Under the pieces are notes generated by a model. It searched no databases. It saw only the letters and a list, made by a program, of their open reading frames with translations, and was not told the DNA's origin. The position numbers and the translations under genes are program-made. Of a DNA stretch of 64,000 nucleotides, positions 20,929 to 29,637 are shown in pieces. Origin of the DNA: a virus; IMG/VR virus record IMGVR_UViG_3300042402_002055, positions 54,407-118,406 of that record, one strand, 5' to 3'. Every line of letters starts with the position of its first letter. Positions within the stretch are counted from its first letter, which is position 1.

Positions 20929-22336
20929 TATAACTGCACATATGCAAGTTCATAGAAATGAAATTGCAGTAGAGGAATGTCTTCGAAGATTTCGTATACA
21001 TTTTCCAATTACCCCCATCTATTTACATGGTGATAATGGGTATGATTTTTCCGATTTTGAAAATAAATTTAAATTAAAATATACACACTCAAATATAAAT
21101 GTTTCACCGAAGGGATTGGGAAACGGTAACTGGCCTAAATATTTGGCAAGAATACTATTGACATGTCAAACATTTCCAAACGATTGGTTATTGTTTTTAG
21201 AGGAAGATGTCAACACATTACATGGTGACATAATATTTCCAACAAAAGACTCTGGTGGTGGAAATATGCATCCATATAAACTTAAATTTTATGAAACATT
21301 ATTATCAAAATATCCTGATATGGATATAACTCATGTTGGGTACAATATGGGTGGTGGTAGTATTGTTAAAATGGATGCAATGGTTAAATCAATTGTATCG
21401 GTAATAACTAATCAGTATACGGATGAATATTTGAGTGAATTGGATGATAGAATAATAATACATGGTGATACTTTAATTTCTGCATTACTACATTTAAATG
21501 GATACTCCACTTCCGAATGGGAACAATTATCAGAAAAGGCAAGTAATATATTTAAACCGAATCCTGTATTTGACCATCAATGGAAGGAATTTTACAACCA
21601 AACCGATTATAAAAATTATTTAAATTATAAAAATATGAAAAACAATAGAGAACATTTTGACAAGTATTTAGAAACAATTCAATCCGAATTATCCCATCCG
21701 GAAAAAATGGATATTAACCATATACTAAATGAAATTTTAAACTTAAATGTTTATAATAATGATTTTATATCAGTTAATGAGGGTGATATTGTAATGGATA
21801 TTGGTGTAAATTTCGGACTATTTAGTTTAGATGCTTTACAATATAATCCAAAAAAAATAATTGGATTCGAACCAAATCCAAGATTAATTCAATATTTTAG
21901 TAAATTGAATCTACCCAATGTTGAATTATACCAAGCAGCTGTATCAAATAAAAATGGCAAAATTACCTTTTATGAGAATTCATTCCCTGGTAGGTCTTCA
22001 CTACATGCTGAAAAGAGTCCTGATACAATTAAATCTTCATATGAAGTTGAGGTATATAATATAAATGATGTATTAAAATCACATAATAAAATAAATTATT
22101 TAAAAGTAGATTGTGAGGGAGCGGAATATGAAATTTTTGAAGCAATGAATATGGATATTCTAAGTAAGAATATTGATAAAATTGCAATAGAATTTCATAA
22201 TATACCAACTGATTTGAAAGTAGTAAACTTAATATCAAAAATTCAATCTGCGGGATTTGAAACTAAATTAGATTATGTTGAGGGAAGTGGTGATACTGGT
22301 ATGTTGTATGCTAGAAAACAATACAAAATAGATTAA
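20918..22336 (+). CDS. GT-like domain fused to FkbM-family methyltransferase
   Basis: N-terminal LEEDV; C-terminal DIGVNFG, FEP, LKVDCEGAE, IEFH. Confidence 0.8.
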   Translation: MVNNITAHMQVHRNEIAVEECLRRFRIHFPITPIYLHGDNGYDFSDFENKFKLKYTHSNINVSPKGLGNGNWPKYLARILLTCQTFPNDWLLFLEEDVNTLHGDIIFPTKDSGGGNMHPYKLKFYETLLSKYPDMDITHVGYNMGGGSIVKMDAMVKSIVSVITNQYTDEYLSELDDRIIIHGDTLISALLHLNGYSTSEWEQLSEKASNIFKPNPVFDHQWKEFYNQTDYKNYLNYKNMKNNREHFDKYLETIQSELSHPEKMDINHILNEILNLNVYNNDFISVNEGDIVMDIGVNFGLFSLDALQYNPKKIIGFEPNPRLIQYFSKLNLPNVELYQAAVSNKNGKITFYENSFPGRSSLHAEKSPDTIKSSYEVEVYNINDVLKSHNKINYLKVDCEGAEYEIFEAMNMDILSKNIDKIAIEFHNIPTDLKVVNLISKIQSAGFETKLDYVEGSGDTGMLYARKQYKID

Positions 22337-23092
22337 ATGAAAGATTTGGTTATATCGGCAATAGCAAACTATTTGCCAGAAAAGATTAAAATATATGTAG
22401 AATCACTAAACGATTGTGGATTTAGTGGTGATAAAATAATGATATGTTATAATATTCCAAATGAAACGATAGAATATCTTTCAGCAAAAGGTTGGGAATG
22501 TTATGGTGCAGAATTACAAGGACATCCTCATATGAAACGATTAGTTGATATGTGGTGGTTCTTACAAAATGATGAGAGAGAATGGAATCATATAATTACA
22601 ACCGATGTTAGAGATATAGTATGGCAAACAAATCCATCCAATTGGTTAGAACAAAATCTTAAAACGGAAATACTATGTGCTTCGGAGTGTGTGACTTATG
22701 AAAACGAACCATGGGGTTATAAAAATATACACGAAGGATACGGCCCGATGTTTTGGGAATGGATAAAACCAAATGTAATAGGTAATGTTGGGGTGATTGC
22801 CGGAAAACATAAATCAGTAAAAGATTTATTAATGTTAAATTGGTTAGTATCACAATCAGGAGATACAAGACATTTTACCGACCAAAGTTCTTTCAATTTT
22901 ATCATATCAAATAATTTAGTAAAAGATAAAGTTGATATTAATTCTGATTTTGCTTTACAAATTGGAACTACTACAAAGGATTTGAAAATAGAAAATGATA
23001 TAATTATGAATGGTGACATACCTTATGTATTAGTTCACCAATATGATAGAAACACAGAATTAAATAATTTAGTTATAAACAAATACAAATGA
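22337..23092 (+). CDS. putative glycosyltransferase
   Basis: TDVRD..QTNP, NVGVIAG, DQSSFN, VHQYDR. Confidence 0.6.
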   Translation: MKDLVISAIANYLPEKIKIYVESLNDCGFSGDKIMICYNIPNETIEYLSAKGWECYGAELQGHPHMKRLVDMWWFLQNDEREWNHIITTDVRDIVWQTNPSNWLEQNLKTEILCASECVTYENEPWGYKNIHEGYGPMFWEWIKPNVIGNVGVIAGKHKSVKDLLMLNWLVSQSGDTRHFTDQSSFNFIISNNLVKDKVDINSDFALQIGTTTKDLKIENDIIMNGDIPYVLVHQYDRNTELNNLVINKYK

Positions 23093-23988
23093 AAAAAATA
23101 GTTATTACAACATTTATAATGCCAAATGAAATAGATGATTTGGAAAGAACTTTGGCGGATTTAAATAAAGCATCTAAATATGTTAGAGGTGAAAATTATG
23201 AATTATATTTAGCTCTTACGGTATCTGACTTTTTGGTAGATTGGGAAAATTCAAAATTAGATAAACAATATTTTATTGATAGATTTAATTCACTAAAATC
23301 ATTAACAGAGTGGGCAGGTAAAACTTCATTTCATATAAGAGAGGATATAATGGGTTGTACCTCATTGAGAAGGATTGCACACAATGAATGTACTGATGCA
23401 ACTCATTTTATTTGGTTAGATACTGATATTGTATTTGATGATAAGATATTGTTTTATGTAGAAAATTCAATCGATGCAATAGAGTCCGAAAATATTACAA
23501 AAAAATATGTTATTAGTCCAGAGTGCGTAAAGATTTGGGATACAACTTGGGATTGTTTGGTTAATGAAAATTTCTTAAATAAAGAGGTTGGATATTGTAG
23601 AATCAACAACCCTTTCATAGATGCAGGACAACATGGTGAAATTGGTGTAGAAACTTTATTGAATGATGTCCCAGGACAACCTAGAATGAAATTTGGTGGA
23701 GGTTGGTTTAATTGTTTATCTAAAGAATTATTAGACAGAACACCACTTCCTGAATCAATGGGACACTATGGTCCAGATGATACATTTATTATGTGGGCAT
23801 CGGAAAAACTAAATCAAAATGGTGAACAAATACATCAGTTTAAATTAAAAAACTATGTAGTTTGTGAAAACTATATTTATAGAGATAGAACTCATTACGA
23901 TAAACTAATAAAAAGAATAGACAGAAAGGAAGAATTTAGAAATCAAGCCAATGAATCATTCTCAATTGAAATAAATAATATAAAATGA
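23089..23988 (+). CDS. putative glycosyltransferase (GT-A)
   Basis: WLDTD, GGGW, YGPDD. Confidence 0.6.
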   Translation: MKKIVITTFIMPNEIDDLERTLADLNKASKYVRGENYELYLALTVSDFLVDWENSKLDKQYFIDRFNSLKSLTEWAGKTSFHIREDIMGCTSLRRIAHNECTDATHFIWLDTDIVFDDKILFYVENSIDAIESENITKKYVISPECVKIWDTTWDCLVNENFLNKEVGYCRINNPFIDAGQHGEIGVETLLNDVPGQPRMKFGGGWFNCLSKELLDRTPLPESMGHYGPDDTFIMWASEKLNQNGEQIHQFKLKNYVVCENYIYRDRTHYDKLIKRIDRKEEFRNQANESFSIEINNIK

Positions 23989-24692
23989 CAATAGAACAAT
24001 CTAAAGAAAAATTAAAAAAAGAAGGATATACTTGGTTTGAACTAAATGAATTTGATCCTGAATTTTATAATTGGTTATTACCTCTAAAATGCAATAAAGA
24101 AAATAACTTAAAAAATAAGATTAAGGAATTAAGAATGGATATGGCCCGTAATCCAAAAATTCCAAACCATCAGATAAAAGAAATGTTTGAAACACATGAT
24201 TTAGCCTCAGAAAAGAAGAATTGGATAGTAAATGAATATAAACATATAACTAACTTTTCACAAATCTGGTATTATGGTGATTTAAATACAATGTTTAATC
24301 CAAATACATCAGAAGATGATTATAAAAATTATAAAAAATATGTTAAAAATATAGTAAACCATTTTTTTGATTTTGAAAAAAACCAACAATATTCAGATTT
24401 ATCTTTTTGTACTTATTATGATGAAGATTGTCACTTACAAAACCATTCGGATGGAACCGGAACTGGTAGAGTATGTGCACTACTAATTTATTTAAATGAA
24501 ACATACGATGAGAAGGATGGTGGTGTATTAGTTTTAAACAATACTGAAAAAGTAATTCCGACCTTTGGTAAAGTTGCAATGATAGATTTACAAACATTTG
24601 ATATACCACATATGGTAACAAAGGTAACTGGTGGAATTGGGAGATATGCAATCCTATCCTTTGTTAAGAAAACCCAGAATGAATTCAAATAA
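23985..24692 (+). CDS. 2OG-Fe(II) oxygenase
   Basis: HSD..LIYLN..GG.L..PHMV..R. Confidence 0.85.
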   Translation: MTIEQSKEKLKKEGYTWFELNEFDPEFYNWLLPLKCNKENNLKNKIKELRMDMARNPKIPNHQIKEMFETHDLASEKKNWIVNEYKHITNFSQIWYYGDLNTMFNPNTSEDDYKNYKKYVKNIVNHFFDFEKNQQYSDLSFCTYYDEDCHLQNHSDGTGTGRVCALLIYLNETYDEKDGGVLVLNNTEKVIPTFGKVAMIDLQTFDIPHMVTKVTGGIGRYAILSFVKKTQNEFK

Positions 24693-25347
24693 AAAACTTT
24701 ATATTTTTGGTGACTCTTTTTCTACAAATTTTTCTACATGTCAAACGATAGAAAAAGAAAAAACATGGCCATATCTACTATCAAATAAATTAAATTTAAA
24801 AATAGAAGACCATGCACATTCTGGAATATCAAATCAAGGAATGTTACAAATGATATATAGAAATTTAAATATAGATGATTGCGGAATGATAATATTCGGA
24901 TTAACTTTTTTTCATAGAATATATGATTTTTACAAAAATAGTGGTATTGATTTAAAAATAAGTGATACTGAATTATTAAAAAATGGTATTAACGATTATG
25001 AAATTAATTATTACAGAAAAAAAATGTTAGATGAAGTTCAATATGATGAATCAATAAAACAACAACTTGAACAATTTCATTTTATATTTAGAACATTAAA
25101 ATCAACAAATAAGCCGTTTTTCTTTTGGTCATTGGATAGGTCTAATATTTATTTTTATGAAAAATTAACTAAAGATTTTAAAAAAGAATTAATAAAATCA
25201 CCAGTTGGTACGGATGACTGGTTTAAACCATTTATAGATGTAAATGTTGAATGGGGACAGATGAATAGTGATAAACATTTTGGAGAATATGGGCATAATC
25301 AATTTTTTCAATATTTATATCAGTATATACAACCAAAATTAATATGA
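24679..25347 (+). CDS. SGNH-like protein (paralog 4)
   Basis: IFGDSFS, WP, GISN, DKHFGEYGH; start moved to 24679. Confidence 0.65.
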   Translation: MNSNKKLYIFGDSFSTNFSTCQTIEKEKTWPYLLSNKLNLKIEDHAHSGISNQGMLQMIYRNLNIDDCGMIIFGLTFFHRIYDFYKNSGIDLKISDTELLKNGINDYEINYYRKKMLDEVQYDESIKQQLEQFHFIFRTLKSTNKPFFFWSLDRSNIYFYEKLTKDFKKELIKSPVGTDDWFKPFIDVNVEWGQMNSDKHFGEYGHNQFFQYLYQYIQPKLI

Positions 25348-25718
25348 AATTTCAAGTAACACATCCTAAAATTTGGAATAAATTGGCAGAAAAGAATATT
25401 CCAATGAAACACAAAATCCAAATCTACGAAAAATTAGGTGGAGCATATCGTTTAGGAGAAGATGGTGGAGAACAGGTATTTAATAAAATGACTGAATTAC
25501 TTAAATATAAAGTAAATGAAGGTCCAGAATCACAAGACCATGAAGTATCTATGGCAGGTGGTCAATTAGACGATATTATAAAAAACGCAACCGAACTTAA
25601 AGGTAAAATTGGAGAACAAGAAATGAATCTACCAGGTTGGATTTCAGACCACATTTCACAGGCAATGCAATTTATTAACCAGGCAAATACTGGTTTTCAC
25701 AAATTAGACGAAAAATAA
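25344..25718 (+). CDS. hypothetical protein
   Basis: DHEVSMA..LPGWI motif. Confidence 0.65.
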   Translation: MKFQVTHPKIWNKLAEKNIPMKHKIQIYEKLGGAYRLGEDGGEQVFNKMTELLKYKVNEGPESQDHEVSMAGGQLDDIIKNATELKGKIGEQEMNLPGWISDHISQAMQFINQANTGFHKLDEK

Positions 25719-26032
25719 TGGAAAATATTTATTCAGTATTAATTACGGCAATAACCGTATTAGGTGGAACAGGAGCTTGGAGATACTACGAAAAGAGAGC
25801 TTTAAATAAAGAAAGAGATGAGGAGTTTATCAGACACGATTGTAAAGATAGAATCTCTAAATTGGAAGGATTATTAGAAGCTGCATCAAAAGAGAAAGAT
25901 GAACTTCGTAATATGGTATTGGCACTTACAAAAGAAGTAGCAGCATTGACTGTTAAAGTAGAATTTCTTACAAAAGAAAACGATAAGTTAGAAAAGGCTC
26001 TACCAAAAACAAAGAGACAATTAAATGGGTAA
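25718..26032 (+). CDS. membrane-anchored coiled-coil protein
   Basis: N-terminal TM segment plus heptad repeats. Confidence 0.6.
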   Translation: MENIYSVLITAITVLGGTGAWRYYEKRALNKERDEEFIRHDCKDRISKLEGLLEAASKEKDELRNMVLALTKEVAALTVKVEFLTKENDKLEKALPKTKRQLNG

Positions 26033-26846
26033 AAACGGATTCATAGAAGGAATGTGGAATGGTTTAAAAGTTGAATTTGGAAAAGTATATTCAAATTTAA
26101 ATGCATTTGCATTCAATCCATTACATGAAGCTGGTGAACCTACTGGTAAAAAACTTAGAGTATTTGATTTTGACGATACATTGGTTCAAACAAAATCATT
26201 CATATACATTACACATAAAGACGGAAAGAAGTCAAAATTAAACCCAGGTGAATACGCAGTATATGAACCAAAAGAAGGTGACGAATTTGACTTTAGTGAT
26301 TTCCAAAAAGTAACAGACCCACAAGAAATTAAGGGAGTTACTAACTTACTTAAAAGAATAGTAAACGCATCAGGTGAAAGAACAGTTGCAATATTAACTG
26401 CAAGAAGTGCATACAAACCTGTTAAAGATTATTTACAAGATATTGGATTGGAGGGAATATATGTTGCTGCATTAGGTAGTTCTGACCCACAAGATAAAGC
26501 AGATTGGATTGAAGAAAAGATTAAAAAAGGATTTAATGATGTATTTTTTATAGATGACTCACACAAAAATGTAAGTGCAGTAAAAAAACTAAAAGAAAAA
26601 TATCCGAATATAAAGATGAGTGTTCAACATGTAAAACATGATGTTCCAAAACCACCTAAAAACTCAAAAATGAAAAAGGACGAAAAACCAAACGATATGA
26701 GTTTGAAATCGTTATTACCAAAGAATTTAAATCAAACAATCAAAAACCCAGATACAGGTAGAACGATTAAAGTTAAATCTGCATTAGGATATGATAAACA
26801 ATCTAAAGTATTTAAAGCAGCACAGAATTTAGTTAAAAAGAAATAG
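26025..26846 (+). CDS. HAD-superfamily phosphatase (RNA-repair-like)
   Basis: FDFDDTL, LTAR, K, FIDDS..N. Confidence 0.8.
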   Translation: MGKNGFIEGMWNGLKVEFGKVYSNLNAFAFNPLHEAGEPTGKKLRVFDFDDTLVQTKSFIYITHKDGKKSKLNPGEYAVYEPKEGDEFDFSDFQKVTDPQEIKGVTNLLKRIVNASGERTVAILTARSAYKPVKDYLQDIGLEGIYVAALGSSDPQDKADWIEEKIKKGFNDVFFIDDSHKNVSAVKKLKEKYPNIKMSVQHVKHDVPKPPKNSKMKKDEKPNDMSLKSLLPKNLNQTIKNPDTGRTIKVKSALGYDKQSKVFKAAQNLVKKK

Positions 26847-26848
26847 TT

Positions 26849-27295
26849 ATGATATACCTTTTCACAGGTCAGCCGGGAAGTGGTAAAACTACTTTGGCTA
26901 AGAAGTTACAAATGTGGTTACAAACTGATAAAGCAAATTGGAGAAAATCCGTATTTCATATTGACGGAGACCAATTACGAGAATTATTCCCAAACAAAGA
27001 CTATTCAAAAGAAGGTAGAGAAAAGAATATCCAAAAAGCTTTCGATATTGCAAGGTTTTTAGACGATTCTGGGAACGATGTTGTAATATCCTTAGTTAGT
27101 CCTTATAAACATTTAAGAGACGAATTTAAGTCTCAATGCAAGGTACAAGAGATTTATTGTCATACTAAGAAAATTAGAGGTAGAGAGGATAAGTTTGCAT
27201 TAGATTATGAACCACCTACCGAATATTTTGTAGATTTAGACACATCGGAGCCATCGGACGAAACTTTTAAAAAGTTATTAAAAATTATTGTTTGA
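26849..27295 (+). CDS. cysC: adenylylsulfate kinase-like
   Basis: GQPGSGKTT, IDGDQLR, YSKEGR..N, SLVSPY, YEPP. Confidence 0.8.
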   Translation: MIYLFTGQPGSGKTTLAKKLQMWLQTDKANWRKSVFHIDGDQLRELFPNKDYSKEGREKNIQKAFDIARFLDDSGNDVVISLVSPYKHLRDEFKSQCKVQEIYCHTKKIRGREDKFALDYEPPTEYFVDLDTSEPSDETFKKLLKIIV

Positions 27296-27328
27296 TATAC
27301 TTATAGTTATAATTAAATAGTTATTAGT

Positions 27329-27937
27329 ATGGAAAACGAAGAAATTCAACAAGAAGATGGTTTCTTTCCAAATTTAGAAAAAAGAAGAACTCCAAAAAGA
27401 GGAATAGGTGCAAGACCACTATTAGAATCCGAAATCAAAGATGCACAATCCAAATCTCGTTCAGCATTTGAAGCTGCAAGATTATTAGAAGTATCTTATA
27501 ACACATATAAGAAATACGCTAAACTTTATGGTATTTTCGAAGACCTTAAAAACCCGTATGGTATTGGTATTGAGAAAGCAAAAGCAATCAAAAACAAAAA
27601 GTATAATATTGATGATATTATAAATGGTAAACATGTACATTATCCACTACATAAATTTAAAAATAAATTATTTTTAAGTGGATATGTTCCTAAAGTGTGT
27701 AGTAGTTGTGGATTTAGTGAGGAAAGAATAACGGATGGTAAGATGCCATTACTCATAGACTTTTTAGATGGTAATTTAAATAATCGTAAATTAGATAACA
27801 TTAGACCTTTATGTTATAATTGTTTCTTTTTATTAGTTGGTGACCGAAATGTTAAAAATTGGTATGCAGAAAATGGTGGACAAATTACAGAGGAAGAGGA
27901 AAAATTATTAGAACAACAAAATCAAAACAATCAATAG
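27329..27937 (+). CDS. HTH + degenerate HNH/zinc-finger protein
   Basis: AARLLEVSYNTYKKY; CSSCG..IDFLDGN.NN..LCYNC. Confidence 0.6.
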   Translation: MENEEIQQEDGFFPNLEKRRTPKRGIGARPLLESEIKDAQSKSRSAFEAARLLEVSYNTYKKYAKLYGIFEDLKNPYGIGIEKAKAIKNKKYNIDDIINGKHVHYPLHKFKNKLFLSGYVPKVCSSCGFSEERITDGKMPLLIDFLDGNLNNRKLDNIRPLCYNCFFLLVGDRNVKNWYAENGGQITEEEEKLLEQQNQNNQ

Positions 27938-27938
27938 T

Positions 27939-28340
27939 ATGGAAAGAAAGTATTTACCTACATTAGCAGAATTGGTAGACAGACTATCAATATCTCAATT
28001 AAAAGAAGTATTCATCACAGACCACAAAGAGGAATACGCAAAAGAAATCGATGAAATTGTACATGACATCGAATTGATTCTAAGTCAAACTGATGGTAGA
28101 ATTACCGGTGAACAAATTAGAGCAATTGTCGTATTATCTCAAATGAATTTACACATCTGGCACAATGAATCTGCAGTTAGAAAAGGAACAGCTGGCCCTG
28201 CAAACTTAGCATTGACACATGGTTTGAACGGAATCAGAAACACTGCAAAGAATAAAATACAAGAAGTTGCAGGTGGTAGAAAAGATTATAAAATTGATTG
28301 TCTAGCATCCGAATTTAAAGATTGGGAAATTAGTTGGTAA
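27939..28340 (+). CDS. hypothetical protein (DUF4254/DUF6165-like helical)
   Basis: ELVDRLSI.QLK, N..IW..E, N..RN..K. Confidence 0.55.
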   Translation: MERKYLPTLAELVDRLSISQLKEVFITDHKEEYAKEIDEIVHDIELILSQTDGRITGEQIRAIVVLSQMNLHIWHNESAVRKGTAGPANLALTHGLNGIRNTAKNKIQEVAGGRKDYKIDCLASEFKDWEISW

Positions 28341-28364
28341 TTTCAAATATTTGTTGTATATTTA
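28333..28364 (+). promoter_or_regulatory. promoter upstream of iscU
   Basis: gttggtaatttcaaatatttgttgtatattta. Confidence 0.65.
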
Positions 28365-28380
28365 TAGTAAATGAAATAAT

Positions 28381-28791
28381 ATGGCATATAGTGATAAAGT
28401 CTTAGACCATTATTCCAACCCAAAAAATGTTGGAACTTTGGACAAATCTAAACAAAATGTAGGAACAGGATTAGTGGGTGCTCCAGAATGTGGTGATGTG
28501 ATGAGATTGCAATTGGAAATCAATGATGGTGTCATAACAGATGCAAAGTTTAAAACATTTGGATGTGGTTCTGCAATCGCAGCATCATCTTTGGCAACGG
28601 AATGGTTGAAAGGTAAGAGTGTGGAAGACGCTGCCAAATTAGATAATATGGATTTGGTTGAAGAATTAAATCTACCACCTGTTAAAATACATTGTTCAGT
28701 ATTGGCACAAGATGCAGTTCAAGCTGCAATCAATGATTATAGAGTAAAAAATGGTGAAACTCCATTAGTATTCGAAGAAAGTCATATATAA
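28381..28791 (+). CDS. iscU: Fe-S cluster scaffold IscU
   Basis: GAPECGD, FGCGSA, LPPVKIHC. Confidence 0.96.
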   Translation: MAYSDKVLDHYSNPKNVGTLDKSKQNVGTGLVGAPECGDVMRLQLEINDGVITDAKFKTFGCGSAIAASSLATEWLKGKSVEDAAKLDNMDLVEELNLPPVKIHCSVLAQDAVQAAINDYRVKNGETPLVFEESHI

Positions 28792-28792
28792 A

Positions 28793-29116
28793 ATGGTAAG
28801 TGTAACCGAATCAGCAGCAAAAAAATTAAACTCACTCATCGAAGAAAGTGGATTCCAAACACCATATGTAAGAGTAGCAGTTAAAGGTGGTGGTTGTAGT
28901 GGATTATCATATGACCTTTCATTTGATACTGAGAGACAACCCGCAGATACCCTTGCAGAAGACAAAGGTGTAAAAATCCTCATAGACAACAAATCTCTAC
29001 TTTACTTATTTGGAACCGAACTACAATTTGAGGATGGGTTGAATGGTAAAGGATTTCAATTTGTAAATCCAAATGCAAGTAGAACTTGTGGATGTGGAGA
29101 ATCTTTCGCACTATAA
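28793..29116 (+). CDS. iscA: Fe-S carrier IscA/HesB
   Basis: GGCSG, NPNA..TCGCGESF. Confidence 0.95.
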   Translation: MVSVTESAAKKLNSLIEESGFQTPYVRVAVKGGGCSGLSYDLSFDTERQPADTLAEDKGVKILIDNKSLLYLFGTELQFEDGLNGKGFQFVNPNASRTCGCGESFAL

Positions 29117-29137
29117 TGTGGATAAAAATAATAAGTT

Positions 29138-29338
29138 ATGTCTCTAAAATCATCTAAAGAAAACTTAAGTAAAACGGAAAAACCACAAAAATTCGAATAC
29201 ATATTTGAAGATGACGAATCAAAATCTATCTGGAAGTATGATTTGAAGAAATTCCCGAATGGGCCCGTTTCGGTTGAATATCATTGGAAACCACACTACC
29301 TAAAAGAATTGGCAATTCGTCAAAAAAGAGGAAGATAA
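29138..29338 (+). CDS. hypothetical protein
   Basis: WKYD..K..NGP..VE. Confidence 0.6.
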   Translation: MSLKSSKENLSKTEKPQKFEYIFEDDESKSIWKYDLKKFPNGPVSVEYHWKPHYLKELAIRQKRGR

Positions 29339-29370
29339 TTTGGTAATATCAAAAATCTTTCGTATATTTA
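29339..29370 (+). promoter_or_regulatory. TTTG-N20-TATATTTA promoter
   Basis: tttggtaatatcaaaaatctttcgtatattta. Confidence 0.75.
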
Positions 29371-29394
29371 GTTAACAAACAAAAAAACAGAATT

Positions 29395-29577
29395 ATGGGA
29401 AGTAAGAAACAACAAATCTTTGAAACAATGAAAGCATTGTTCGTAAAGTTTGAAGAAGAACACAACAAGACAACAAAAGTATCTCAAAAGAATGCACGAA
29501 CGCATATCGGTGACCTAAAGAAATTGGTTACAGACTATCGCCAGGCCTCAGTAGAAGAAACTAAAAATAGTAATTAA
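29395..29577 (+). CDS. Hc1-like small basic protein (Bacteroidota type)
   Basis: K.S..NAR...LKKLV..YR..SV pattern. Confidence 0.6.
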   Translation: MGSKKQQIFETMKALFVKFEEEHNKTTKVSQKNARTHIGDLKKLVTDYRQASVEETKNSN

Positions 29578-29584
29578 ACCCAAC

Positions 29585-29619
29585 GGGGTGGAAAGTAATA
29601 TCTCCACCCCTTATTTTTT
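29585..29619 (+). terminator. intrinsic terminator
   Basis: GGGGTGGA/TCCACCCC stem plus T-tract. Confidence 0.75.
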
Positions 29620-29637
29620 AACAAAAAACAAACAAAC

